From a virus (taxonomy: Duplodnaviria > Caudoviricetes), in IMG/VR virus record IMGVR_UViG_3300037183_000125, positions 1 through 64,000 of that record: DNA of 64,000 nt; one strand, written 5' to 3'. Shown here in pieces: positions 26,353-35,500 of this stretch. The notes beneath the pieces are model-generated. The model worked only from the letters and a program-made list of their open reading frames with translations, did no database searches and was not told the origin of the DNA. How positions within the stretch are numbered: the stretch's first letter is position 1; every line of letters starts with the position of its first letter. Made by a program: the position numbers and the translations under genes.

Positions 26353-28544
26353 CAGATATCCGACATATCGATATAAGTCCCGAGCTCTCCGCCGGAGGGA
26401 ATCTTACGCTCGGGCTCATCCTGCCTCGGATCCCCGTCGAGCGACAGGAACGGGGAAGGCGTGTGGAGGGCGGCCGCCCTCTTCTTCTTGGCCCCTCGGC
26501 CGGAAGACTGGATTCTCGTCCGGACGGACTCCCGGACCCCCGCGGTCTTCCCGGACGCGCGCGCCTTGCGCACCATCTCGATGACCTCCTTCACCATGTC
26601 CTCCTCGGCGAACTCGAGGCCGCCCTTGAGGGCCTCGCCGGATACGGCGTCGGCGAGCTTCCGCTTCGCCCGGAGCGTCTTCACCACGTGATGGTCGATG
26701 GTCTCCCGGCCGCCCGGGAGCATGGCGATGAAGTGGATCATGATGACCGTCAGGTTCTTGCTCCCGATGCGGACGCCGCGGCCGGTCAGCTGGACGTAGT
26801 CGCCCCAGCTCCACGGGGAGTCGATGCACACGATGTACTCGGTCGCCTGGAGGTTCAGGGACTCCGTGCCGGCCGTCGTGATGAGCATCACGTTCGTCCC
26901 GGAGTCCGGGTTCTGGTACTCCTTCACGTTCGCCAGGCGCTGCTTCGCCACCTCGTCGCCGGTGATGCGGACGAACCCGATCTTCTCCTTCTTCAGGCGC
27001 TTGTCGACGAGGTCGATCATCTGTTTGAACCTGGAGAACACCAGGAACTTCGAGTCGGGGGCGCCCTGGAGGAGCTCGACGATGGCCTCGAGCTTCGAGG
27101 AGTCGCCCTCGTACGGGACGCCCTCCTCGTTCGAGATGAGCTGCGGGGCGTTCGACGCCTGCTGGATGAGCGTCATGCACTTCATGGCGTACGTGTTCGG
27201 CTCGTCCGGGTCGGCCTCCGCCTCCGCCTCCTCGGCCTCGAGCTCCGCCATCTCGTAGAGGTCGACCTGCTCCGGGGACAGGACGCAGACGACCTCGCGC
27301 GTGATGAGCTCCGGGAGCTCCTTTGCCACGTCGTACTTGCGGCGGGACAGGTAGTACGGCTCGATCATGGCCACGAACCGCTCTATCTGGTCCTTGCTGT
27401 GCCCGACGATGATAGGGACCTGGCGGTTCCGGCCGATGTTCTGCATCTTCACGATGCAGTAGTCGCGCTGGAAGTGCGAGATCTTCGGGAACAGGAACGG
27501 GCAGACGACGCGGAACAGGGAGAAGAACTCCATGAGGCGGTTCTTCACCGGCGTGGCCGTCATGCCGATGACGCGATCGCACATCTTGGCCGTCTTCCCC
27601 ATGGCCTCGTGGATCTTCCCCTGATGGTTCTTGATCACGTGGGCCTCGTCCATGACAAGCATGAGCTTGACCTCGGGGTGCGCGGCGACGAGCTCCTTCA
27701 GGTAAGCCTCGATGCCCTCCGCGATGAGGGGTGGCTCGACGAGGTCGCGGGCCGCGTCGACCGCGGCCTGGGCCGCCTTCACGACGAAGCGCTCCGCGAT
27801 AGCCTTGACCATGAACTCCTCGTCCGCCGAGGTCCAGTCGGACGGCGCCGTCGGAGGGGTCGCGCCCTCGTCCGCCGGCTTGAGGCGCTCGACGAGGTAC
27901 GTCTTGACGATGTCGTTCCTGTTGTCGAAGCGCTCCTTGAACGCGGCCTTCCGGGGCTCGAAAGCCGTCTTCTTCTCCTTCAGGACATCGCGCGCCGCCT
28001 TGAGCTTCTCGCGCGCCGCCTTCAGGACGGCCTTCCCCTCCTTGGTCTTCGGCGGGGTCCGGTCCCGGACCACGGACTGCTCGAAGTCCTTTAGGTAGGT
28101 GTCGTAGGTCATCACCAAGAGCTTCTTCCTCTCAAGACTCCAGTTCCCGAAAAACTCTTTGTAGATATTGTTCCGCTCAAATGGCTCCCCGTCGACGACG
28201 ACCGCCGACATGTTCTGCATGAATTTGGAGACCTCTTCCTGCCATTGATAAACAGATGACTTTCGGGTCACAACAATGGGGACATACTCAGGCTCCATGA
28301 GCCAAATATAGCCTATGGCGGAGAGTGCTTGAATTGTCTTCCCAACCCCAGTGTCATCTGCGATCGTCATGCGAGGAACCTGCAAAAGGTTCATGACGCC
28401 GACCCGTTGGTACGAACGCAGTTCAACTTTCCTGACTTCCCCGTCATCATCAGTGAACTCGCTCTTCAAATATGGAGAGGGCTTCAGGACCGGATTTTCC
28501 AGGGACCGGATTTTGCGGATTGCTTGCAGTGATTCTTGATCCAT
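26352..28544 (-). CDS. SNF2-family helicase
   Basis: LRSYQ..ADDTGVGKT, LVMDEAH, MTATPVKN, LVFSRF, TTAGTESLNLQ, QLTGRGVRIG. Confidence 0.93.
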   Translation of the reverse strand: MDQESLQAIRKIRSLENPVLKPSPYLKSEFTDDDGEVRKVELRSYQRVGVMNLLQVPRMTIADDTGVGKTIQALSAIGYIWLMEPEYVPIVVTRKSSVYQWQEEVSKFMQNMSAVVVDGEPFERNNIYKEFFGNWSLERKKLLVMTYDTYLKDFEQSVVRDRTPPKTKEGKAVLKAAREKLKAARDVLKEKKTAFEPRKAAFKERFDNRNDIVKTYLVERLKPADEGATPPTAPSDWTSADEEFMVKAIAERFVVKAAQAAVDAARDLVEPPLIAEGIEAYLKELVAAHPEVKLMLVMDEAHVIKNHQGKIHEAMGKTAKMCDRVIGMTATPVKNRLMEFFSLFRVVCPFLFPKISHFQRDYCIVKMQNIGRNRQVPIIVGHSKDQIERFVAMIEPYYLSRRKYDVAKELPELITREVVCVLSPEQVDLYEMAELEAEEAEAEADPDEPNTYAMKCMTLIQQASNAPQLISNEEGVPYEGDSSKLEAIVELLQGAPDSKFLVFSRFKQMIDLVDKRLKKEKIGFVRITGDEVAKQRLANVKEYQNPDSGTNVMLITTAGTESLNLQATEYIVCIDSPWSWGDYVQLTGRGVRIGSKNLTVIMIHFIAMLPGGRETIDHHVVKTLRAKRKLADAVSGEALKGGLEFAEEDMVKEVIEMVRKARASGKTAGVRESVRTRIQSSGRGAKKKRAAALHTPSPFLSLDGDPRQDEPERKIPSGGELGTYIDMSDI

Positions 28545-28567
28545 GTTTTACTTAAACCGATTTCAAC

Positions 28568-29608
28568 ATGTCATATAAAGAGTCTGTGGTCGAGCTGTTC
28601 GGGAAAAACATGAAACAGGCGGATATATGTCGTACTCTCGGAATCAGCAAAGGGTATGTGCACATCATCTTACGGAACGCCGGCTTGAAAAGGCCGCCCC
28701 CTTCACGTCTCGATCGGAAGACAATAGCCACCATCGGTCGAAAGTACACTTCCGGATTCTCCGTGAAAGAGATACAGGAGGAACTCGGACTGAGCGAGTA
28801 CGACGTCGAGATGTCACTCGGAAACAAATTCCGAAACCCGGGAGACAGTAACCACATGCGGGCGGTGAGGGAATCTCCGTCCCTCACAAGAAAACAAGAA
28901 CAGCTCATTCTCGGCTCTCTACTCGGGGACGCCTCGATTACGAAGTCCGAGAACAGAGGATACTACATCCAGGTTACGCATTCAGAGAAACAGTTCGGCT
29001 ATGCAGAACATAAGGCAAGGCTTCTAAAAGTGAACCTGACGGACTACGTCAACCACGGATTCTCCCGCTCTAGGATGTTCAAAGCCGTCTACAAAAACGC
29101 GGCCGTGTCGGAATACTTAGAAACACTCGTTCTCATGGGCGGGAAGAAGTGTGTGAACCAAGCGTGGGTGGATAAACTCACGATGGAGGGCATCGCTTAC
29201 TGGTTTATGGATGATGGATGTTCTGTCAAAAAGAGATACTGCATAGCCGTCAACTTTTCGACCCTCGGTTTCACTCGGACAGAATGCGAAATCCTGGTCC
29301 AGAAGCTACTCGACTTCGGATTTCGCTCCACAATTCAGCGTGCCAGGAAATGCAAGACGGGAGACGGTCTTGTCATATCCGTCTCCACGAAGGATACGGA
29401 AAAGTTTATCGCGGCTGTCCGCCCGTACGTGTGGCCGATCGAGTGCATGAGGTACAAGATCAAGACTCATGTAAAGCTACCGCGTAAGTCATCGACAGCC
29501 AGCCGTACCGATTGCGAGTTAAAGGAAGTCCCGAGTCGGGCGACTTTGTCTTTCAAGGACTTCCAAAAAGATAGGAAGCCCTCAACCTCAACAGAGGAAA
29601 ATCACTAA
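28568..29608 (+). CDS. Free-standing LAGLIDADG homing endonuclease with N-terminal HTH
   Basis: QLILGSLLGDASI and GIAYWFMDDG; QADICRTLGISKGYV HTH; low GC. Confidence 0.88.
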   Translation: MSYKESVVELFGKNMKQADICRTLGISKGYVHIILRNAGLKRPPPSRLDRKTIATIGRKYTSGFSVKEIQEELGLSEYDVEMSLGNKFRNPGDSNHMRAVRESPSLTRKQEQLILGSLLGDASITKSENRGYYIQVTHSEKQFGYAEHKARLLKVNLTDYVNHGFSRSRMFKAVYKNAAVSEYLETLVLMGGKKCVNQAWVDKLTMEGIAYWFMDDGCSVKKRYCIAVNFSTLGFTRTECEILVQKLLDFGFRSTIQRARKCKTGDGLVISVSTKDTEKFIAAVRPYVWPIECMRYKIKTHVKLPRKSSTASRTDCELKEVPSRATLSFKDFQKDRKPSTSTEENH

Positions 29609-29851
29609 GTGAAGGTCCCGGACGACTTGGAGACCGAGCTCAAGGCGTCCTTCTCCAGGGCCGACCTCGGGAGCGCAAACCTGTCGGTCATCGACCCGAT
29701 GGCGCACACTTGCATACGCCGGGTTCTGTCCAGGCGGGGCATCGGCGCGTACGCCTACGCGTTCGTGTGGCCGGTCGTCACGGTCGAGGTCCAGAACGGG
29801 ACGCCGGACGCCCGGAAGTTCGTGTTCGACATCCGTAAGCTCGTCCTCTAG
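29609..29851 (+). CDS. Hypothetical protein
   Basis: 80 aa ORF abutting the previous stop. Confidence 0.55.
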   Translation: MKVPDDLETELKASFSRADLGSANLSVIDPMAHTCIRRVLSRRGIGAYAYAFVWPVVTVEVQNGTPDARKFVFDIRKLVL

Positions 29852-30267
29852 GAGCCGACGATCCGGGATGCCATTCTGGAGAAGTCGTCGTCCGGTACCA
29901 CGTCCGACCGGCGCACCTCCGTGATCACCACATCATCGGGTCCAACGACGGCCCCCTCTATCTTTTTCCAACTGTAGCCTCCACCCGTCTCGTAGACGCC
30001 GGGAGGGACGTCGACGGCGTAGGCGTCCTTTTCATCGTAAACGATGACGAAGGCGTGATCGTCCCCGTCCTGACCACCGTCCATGAGCTCGATGTCGGGG
30101 ATCTCGGCGAGGACGGAGGACATGGCCTGCGACACGGCGTCGCAGACGCCGCCGCCACCGAACTCGTCATCCATCCCGTCCTCGTCCTGTTCCCACGAGT
30201 CGACGACCTCCTGGGCGGCCTTGGCAAGGGATGAACGGAGAGCCTCTATCTTGTTCAGGAGTCCCAT
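29848..30267 (-). CDS. Acidic hypothetical protein
   Basis: 139 aa; GAGG SD; GGGGVCD, HAFV, YETGGGYSW. Confidence 0.7.
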   Translation of the reverse strand: MGLLNKIEALRSSLAKAAQEVVDSWEQDEDGMDDEFGGGGVCDAVSQAMSSVLAEIPDIELMDGGQDGDDHAFVIVYDEKDAYAVDVPPGVYETGGGYSWKKIEGAVVGPDDVVITEVRRSDVVPDDDFSRMASRIVGS

Positions 30268-30274
30268 TCCGTCC

Positions 30275-30895
30275 TCAGTTAAAGCTAAAGTACGCCCCTA
30301 TCATGACGTCCGACGTGAAGCCGTCGTATACGAGCGAGTACCCGACGTAGGGTCCGAAGTTCCGGGTCAGGTCCATCCCGACCCCTCCGCCCGCAGACCG
30401 GACGCCGGTGTAGGCGGCCAGGTTGAAGACGTCATAGTGGAAGAAGTCCCAGCTCAGGCCTGCGTCCCAGCCGCCCTTCGAGTCCTTCCAGATCGTCGGG
30501 ATGAGCAAGCCGGCCTGCGCGCGCACCCGGAGGCGGAACATAGGGTCCGGGGGCTTCGGGCGATAGTATACCTGGATCGGGAGCTGTACCTGCATGTCGC
30601 GCGAGACAGTGTTCCCGAGCGTTAGCTCGGCGTCGATTGGCTTCGCGGAGCCCCCGTTGACGTAGACGCGGTCCTGCCAGTCCCGGACGATGACGATGTC
30701 CTCTTTGAGCTTGAAGACCGCTTTCGACTCCTTGATGGACTTGAGCTCTTTCAGGGACTGCACCACCGTGTCCTCGTCGGAGTGGACGAGGCAGAGCGTG
30801 TACGGCTCCGGGCATGGCGGCGGAACCTGATCCTGAGCCAGAGCGACGCCGGAAAGAAGGAGGACGGCGAGGACGCACGGTATGGCGGCATTCAT
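30275..30895 (-). CDS. Secreted protein with C-terminal amphipathic beta strands (putative outer-membrane protein)
   Basis: Signal peptide MNAAIPCVLAVLLLSGVALA|Q; alternating aromatic/Gly strands; ends IGAYFSFN; -10 box 6 nt upstream. Confidence 0.7.
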   Translation of the reverse strand: MNAAIPCVLAVLLLSGVALAQDQVPPPCPEPYTLCLVHSDEDTVVQSLKELKSIKESKAVFKLKEDIVIVRDWQDRVYVNGGSAKPIDAELTLGNTVSRDMQVQLPIQVYYRPKPPDPMFRLRVRAQAGLLIPTIWKDSKGGWDAGLSWDFFHYDVFNLAAYTGVRSAGGGVGMDLTRNFGPYVGYSLVYDGFTSDVMIGAYFSFN

Positions 30896-30925
30896 GTAGG
30901 GACCGTACAAAAGTAAACTAAGACC

Positions 30926-31114
30926 ATGTCACAGAGTGACGAACACAGCATGGTCGCCCGAGAGCTGATCTGCAAATGGTGCAAGCACATGACGGCGGTC
31001 CATAGAGGGAACCCGCAGGGGACCAAATGTTCGGTCGAGGGGTGCGACTGCACATGCTGCGAGCCCGACGCCACGCCCGGCCTCTACTTTGCGATCGTGA
31101 CTAGCTCTTATTAG
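30926..31114 (+). CDS. Small Cys/His-rich protein
   Basis: CKWCKH..H..CSVEGCDCTCC; TAAACT 6 nt upstream. Confidence 0.6.
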   Translation: MSQSDEHSMVARELICKWCKHMTAVHRGNPQGTKCSVEGCDCTCCEPDATPGLYFAIVTSSY

Positions 31115-31119
31115 ACTGA

Positions 31120-31638
31120 CTAGCCCTTCTTGGACTGCTGGTCGATCTTGTTCAGAAGGTCGCCGACCGTGGCCGGCTTCACGCCTTTGTCGTTGTTCCG
31201 GACCTCGTAGACGTCCGGGGACACCTCGGTGACCTCCTTCACGTCCGTGTTCTTCACGCCGGTCGGGAGGGAGATGGTGACCTGGCCCTTGTCCGGGTGC
31301 ACGACGGTGACGGTGTCCGGGTTGCTGAAGATCCCGGGCGCCACGATCTGGGTTGAGACGGGAGCCTGGACGAAACCCTTGTCGTCGGACTGGCCAGGCT
31401 CGATCGTCTTGCCGTCCGCCCCGGTGCGGGCGACGGGAGGGACCCCCCGCCCGTCGACTGGCTTGGCCCCCCAGAGCTTCTGGAGAAGGCCACCGATCTG
31501 GAATGTCTTTCCTCCGATCAGGCAGGCCGCGGCCGCAACGACGAGGAAGACGGTAGCCGCCAGGGCAAGCGGATGATGGACTACATACGTAATAAATCCT
31601 CCTAAGAAGGACTTAACCCTGTCCAAAAATTTTTTCAT
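31120..31638 (-). CDS. N-terminally membrane-anchored protein
   Basis: Basic N-terminus, TM PLALAATVFLVVAAAACLIGG, then a soluble domain. Confidence 0.75.
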   Translation of the reverse strand: MKKFLDRVKSFLGGFITYVVHHPLALAATVFLVVAAAACLIGGKTFQIGGLLQKLWGAKPVDGRGVPPVARTGADGKTIEPGQSDDKGFVQAPVSTQIVAPGIFSNPDTVTVVHPDKGQVTISLPTGVKNTDVKEVTEVSPDVYEVRNNDKGVKPATVGDLLNKIDQQSKKG

Positions 31639-31645
31639 ACTGCTT

Positions 31646-32506
31646 TCAGTTTATGAAAGGACTGGAGCAACAGAACGTCCCGTAAGAGTCCATAGCAGTG
31701 CATTCGTTCATCCCCGGATTCACGTTTCCAGAACACTGGGTATAGCGAAATAGGCGGTCACTGGGACATTTCGCTCCGGGAGCGCTCGGGACAGTTCCGG
31801 GGGATCCGACTATCACCGTGCAAGACCTTGAGTTTTTCTCACAACAGAAAGAGCCGGGTACGAACGGTACCTGGTTACACTCGCAAACCGCGACATGGTT
31901 TATGTCATAATGACAGTTGGACGGATCCGAACCACCACATTGGTATGCAAATGTGAAACCGTTATCGTCAGTCGTGCAGGCAGAGCTTGAAAAATCTCTG
32001 GAACAACCGGGATACTGGCTCGAGGACGTGCCGCCGTGGGAAGAGCCGCCAGAGCCGCCAGAGCCGCCAGAGCCGCCAGAGCCGCCAGAGCCGCCAGAGC
32101 CGCCAGAGCCGCCAGAGTGTTGACCTCCGCCCGAGTCCAAAGCTCCACCATGTGCATTTTCTTCCCCGGATGAACCAGAAAAACCTGTAGACCCCGAAAG
32201 TCCTCCGAGCCCGGCGGTGACGACGGACGCTCCGGACGCTCCGGACGCTCCGGACGCTCCGGACGCTCCGGACGCTGAAATGAAGATCGTGTCCCCTGCG
32301 GACCCTGCGGACCCTGCGGACCCTGCGGACCCGGAGTCCCCGGAGTCCCCGGAGTCCCCGGCCTCCGTTAAACCGACATCGCGGCTTCCGGCCGCGATGT
32401 CTGATGCTCCGGCGTCTCCAGTCTTAGAGAAAGCTGTGTCCGGAGAAAATCCGTTCCCGGTGCAAGAAATTGGAAAAACCAAAAATAGGAGAATCTGTGA
32501 TCGCAT
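31646..32506 (-). CDS. Lipoprotein with Gly/Ser linker and Cys-rich C-terminal domain
   Basis: MRSQILLFLVFPIS|C lipobox-like; SGD/SAG/SGA/SGG repeats; many Cys in the last ~120 aa. Confidence 0.78.
   Translation of the reverse strand: MRSQILLFLVFPISCTGNGFSPDTAFSKTGDAGASDIAAGSRDVGLTEAGDSGDSGDSGSAGSAGSAGSAGDTIFISASGASGASGASGASGASVVTAGLGGLSGSTGFSGSSGEENAHGGALDSGGGQHSGGSGGSGGSGGSGGSGGSGGSGGSSHGGTSSSQYPGCSRDFSSSACTTDDNGFTFAYQCGGSDPSNCHYDINHVAVCECNQVPFVPGSFCCEKNSRSCTVIVGSPGTVPSAPGAKCPSDRLFRYTQCSGNVNPGMNECTAMDSYGTFCCSSPFIN
32042..32357. repeat. Four 9-bp tandem arrays: AGAGCCGCC x8, CGGACGCTC x5-6, CCTGCGGAC x4, CCGGAGTCC x3
   Basis: Read directly; near-perfect copies inside the lipoprotein gene. 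Confidence 0.92.
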
Positions 32507-32552
32507 CTTTGAACCTCTTCAGGCTGGTAAAAGACCGTCACAAATACTTACG

Positions 32553-35500
32553 TCACTGAGCGTTGTTGAAGTCAGAATTCAGGAACGCGTTATTGTGCAT
32601 ACACCTTGACCCGGGCGTCCACAGGTACCCGTTCCCCAGGGAGGCGAACGATCCGGTCTGACCGGAGTACCCTGTCTCCAGACCGAGTGCCATGATGGTC
32701 AGGGGGGTGATGAAGCTTCCGGAGGACGGCAGGTTCACGTTCGAGCACTGGCAGGAGTTTATCTTTCCCCAGACATAGCCTATGTTATCGAAGCAGTTAT
32801 TCCCGTATACGGCGGCCGCCGTCGGGAAGTGCGTAGAACCGATGTCCCTAACGTTTATCTGGATTCCGTTATACTGCCCCGAAGACGGAATGTTGTTTCG
32901 GAAAACATTATTGTCACGAACGATGACAGAAGCACTGGCTGAAGACGAGGTGTTGTTTGTCGAAACCTTGATACCCCCGTTCCCCGCGGCGTTCCCGCAC
33001 AGGCTAACCGTGCAGTCAACTATGGAAACAGGAGAGTTCACGGTCTGAAGTGAGAGAACGATCCCGTTGTTGTGTGTGGAGTCTACCTTGACGTTCCTGA
33101 TCGCTATCCCGTCGATTGAGACGTTGGAGGCAGAGGCGATGGCCGATATGCCGTTCGAAAAACCGGCGAGTCCGGAGGACCCGAGTCCGGAGGACCCTAT
33201 GTACCCGTCCTCTATGGTGATGCCCCCGCCTTTCAGCTGAGTTGGCCAAGACCCGTGCCCCGAAACTTCCCTTATGGATATGCCGGGGCCGAAAGTGGAA
33301 GAACTAATAAAGTTCTTGATGGCGAAGTCAGAGAAATGGACGCCAGTCCTTATCCCACTGCTCCCCTCGAACACGACAAACCCCCCGAGGCTGTTTATCC
33401 ACTTTTCCGAAACCTGCCCTCCTCCGTCCATAATCACACCCTGGATGACCGACTCCATGGTCCCGAAAATGTCTCTTACCCACATCCTGGCATTGGTTGT
33501 GGTCAGCAGGTTGGAGGGGGGCGAGACAGAAGGTATCGCGGGCATCGTCTCGAACCCGTCGATCGTCATGTGCTCATACGGAGCGACAAGGAGCTCCGGA
33601 GACCCGCAAAGGTCGATCGTGTTCAAAAAAGACAGGTTCTCGATGACGATGCTGTCTCCGGAGAGGCAGACGAGACCGCCCTGCGTTGAGTTCGAGAGAA
33701 CCTGGTAGTTCCCGAAAAAAGGAAGCATGTTCGACGTAGCAGGACCGTGTATGTTCTGCTGGACGTCGATCGTCACGTTCTTGAAGACGAGAGTCCCCGA
33801 CCCAGGGCTGGATGTCGGCGGTATCCCGATCCCGGCTATCGTTATGCACGGTGACTGCATCTGGGTCGGGGTCGAAAGGCTGTCCGGGAACACAACCCTC
33901 ATGTCCTCGATGCGAACGTTGTCGATCTTCACAGCGAGGTCGGACGTGTAGGACCAGGCCTGGTTCCCCTGCGGGCCGGAGGGGACAACGTTCAGGGCGA
34001 TGAAGGAGACGTTCGAGACGTTGTACCCGACAGACCCGAGGATGACGTCCACGTCGTCGACCTCGAGGTTCTCGATGACAACCCCGACCTGAGTAGGGCC
34101 GTAGGCGTTCTGCGAAGGGACGATCCCGAAAATCCCGGCCCCGGAGCTCGAGACGAAGGTCCTGACGGCCGGAGTGGTGGTGCTGATCCCGGACATGGTC
34201 GCATGTCCGGGCTGAAGATTGCACTCCGTGACGACGACCCTCGATATGGAGATCCTGCTAGAGCTTGTCGAGTCGATAATGCCTATGATGGGCTGATCCT
34301 GACACGAGGCAAGCTTGCAGTTTTTCACTATCAGGCTTTCAACCCTGGGCTGGCCGTTATCGTCCATGACGAAGGTCACGGGGCTGTCAGAGGAGCATAT
34401 GGACGTGCTCCTTGATATCATGACGTACGACGCGTTCCAAATGCCCATGTTGGAGCCAAGGATGCAGTTGTCAACAACTACATACCTGGCTCTTATGAAC
34501 ACGGTCTGGCTTCCGGGCACTGATGTCGAAACAGACAGGTTCCTGAGAATGAAGGAGTTGGTTAGGGACGTGCTTTGTATGGCAGCTATGCTGGAAACCG
34601 TAAGGCTTATGGATGTGGACGGAGAGGAAACGGACGGATAAACTCCCTCCAGGATGACGTCCGAGAACAAACTGAAGTCGACTGTCGACGGCTCCGTGTA
34701 AGAGCCTGGTTTCATGACAATGTGACAAACAGTGACGCCGGAGGCGATCAGATAGTTGACCGCCTGAGAGAGACCGTTCGTCCCGTTGAAGTCTCCGAAC
34801 GTGTTTATTCCGTCCCCGACCGTGACGAAGTGCCTGGCGTTCAGGGAACGGACTACGTTATATCCTGTGATCTTTGATGGAAGAGCGTACGTCTCCCCCA
34901 GCCTCAGGTATTTGTCCGTCGCGGACGTGAGCCTCAGGTATCCGGTCTCCCCGGCCCCTATCGTGTTCACGTCCGATATTCTCCCCTCGTTTGAGCGAAA
35001 AGAGATGGACCTCCCGTCGTTCACACCGAGATAAGACTGATCCGCCGGAGTTGACCCGGACGAGTTGTCCTCTATGGAGACGGCAAGGTTCGATGGCCCG
35101 ACGTAGAAGTTGAACCCTCTTGTTGAGAACTGGTTCGTCGGATCCGCGTAGAAACCCATGAAGGGCTGTTCCGGCAGGTTATTGTTTATCGAAGTCGGAG
35201 TCTCGAACTTGCTCCCTATTACCGCCTGGACTATCTCCGTCGAGGAGAGCCTTACTATCTGTTTCAGAACCTGGTTGTCCGTACCGCCAAATCCGCCGAC
35301 ACCGAGGGTGCCGTCGGCCGGGACGACGACAGGCTTCCCTACGTCGAAGAACCCGCGCCCGGACTGGGGGGAGTACACCTGTCCGTTAAGAACGTTAACC
35401 GGATTGTTCCGCTCGTCAACGTTCGACCCGGACGACTTCGCCAGAAACTTTTGTACCTGGGTGTCGATATCCTCCGGGACGCTCCCGAACTCGAGAACCT

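Noticed and set aside
32042-32357. Repeat arrays as CRISPR
   Set aside because: Contiguous 9-bp units without spacers, inside a coding linker; no cas genes.
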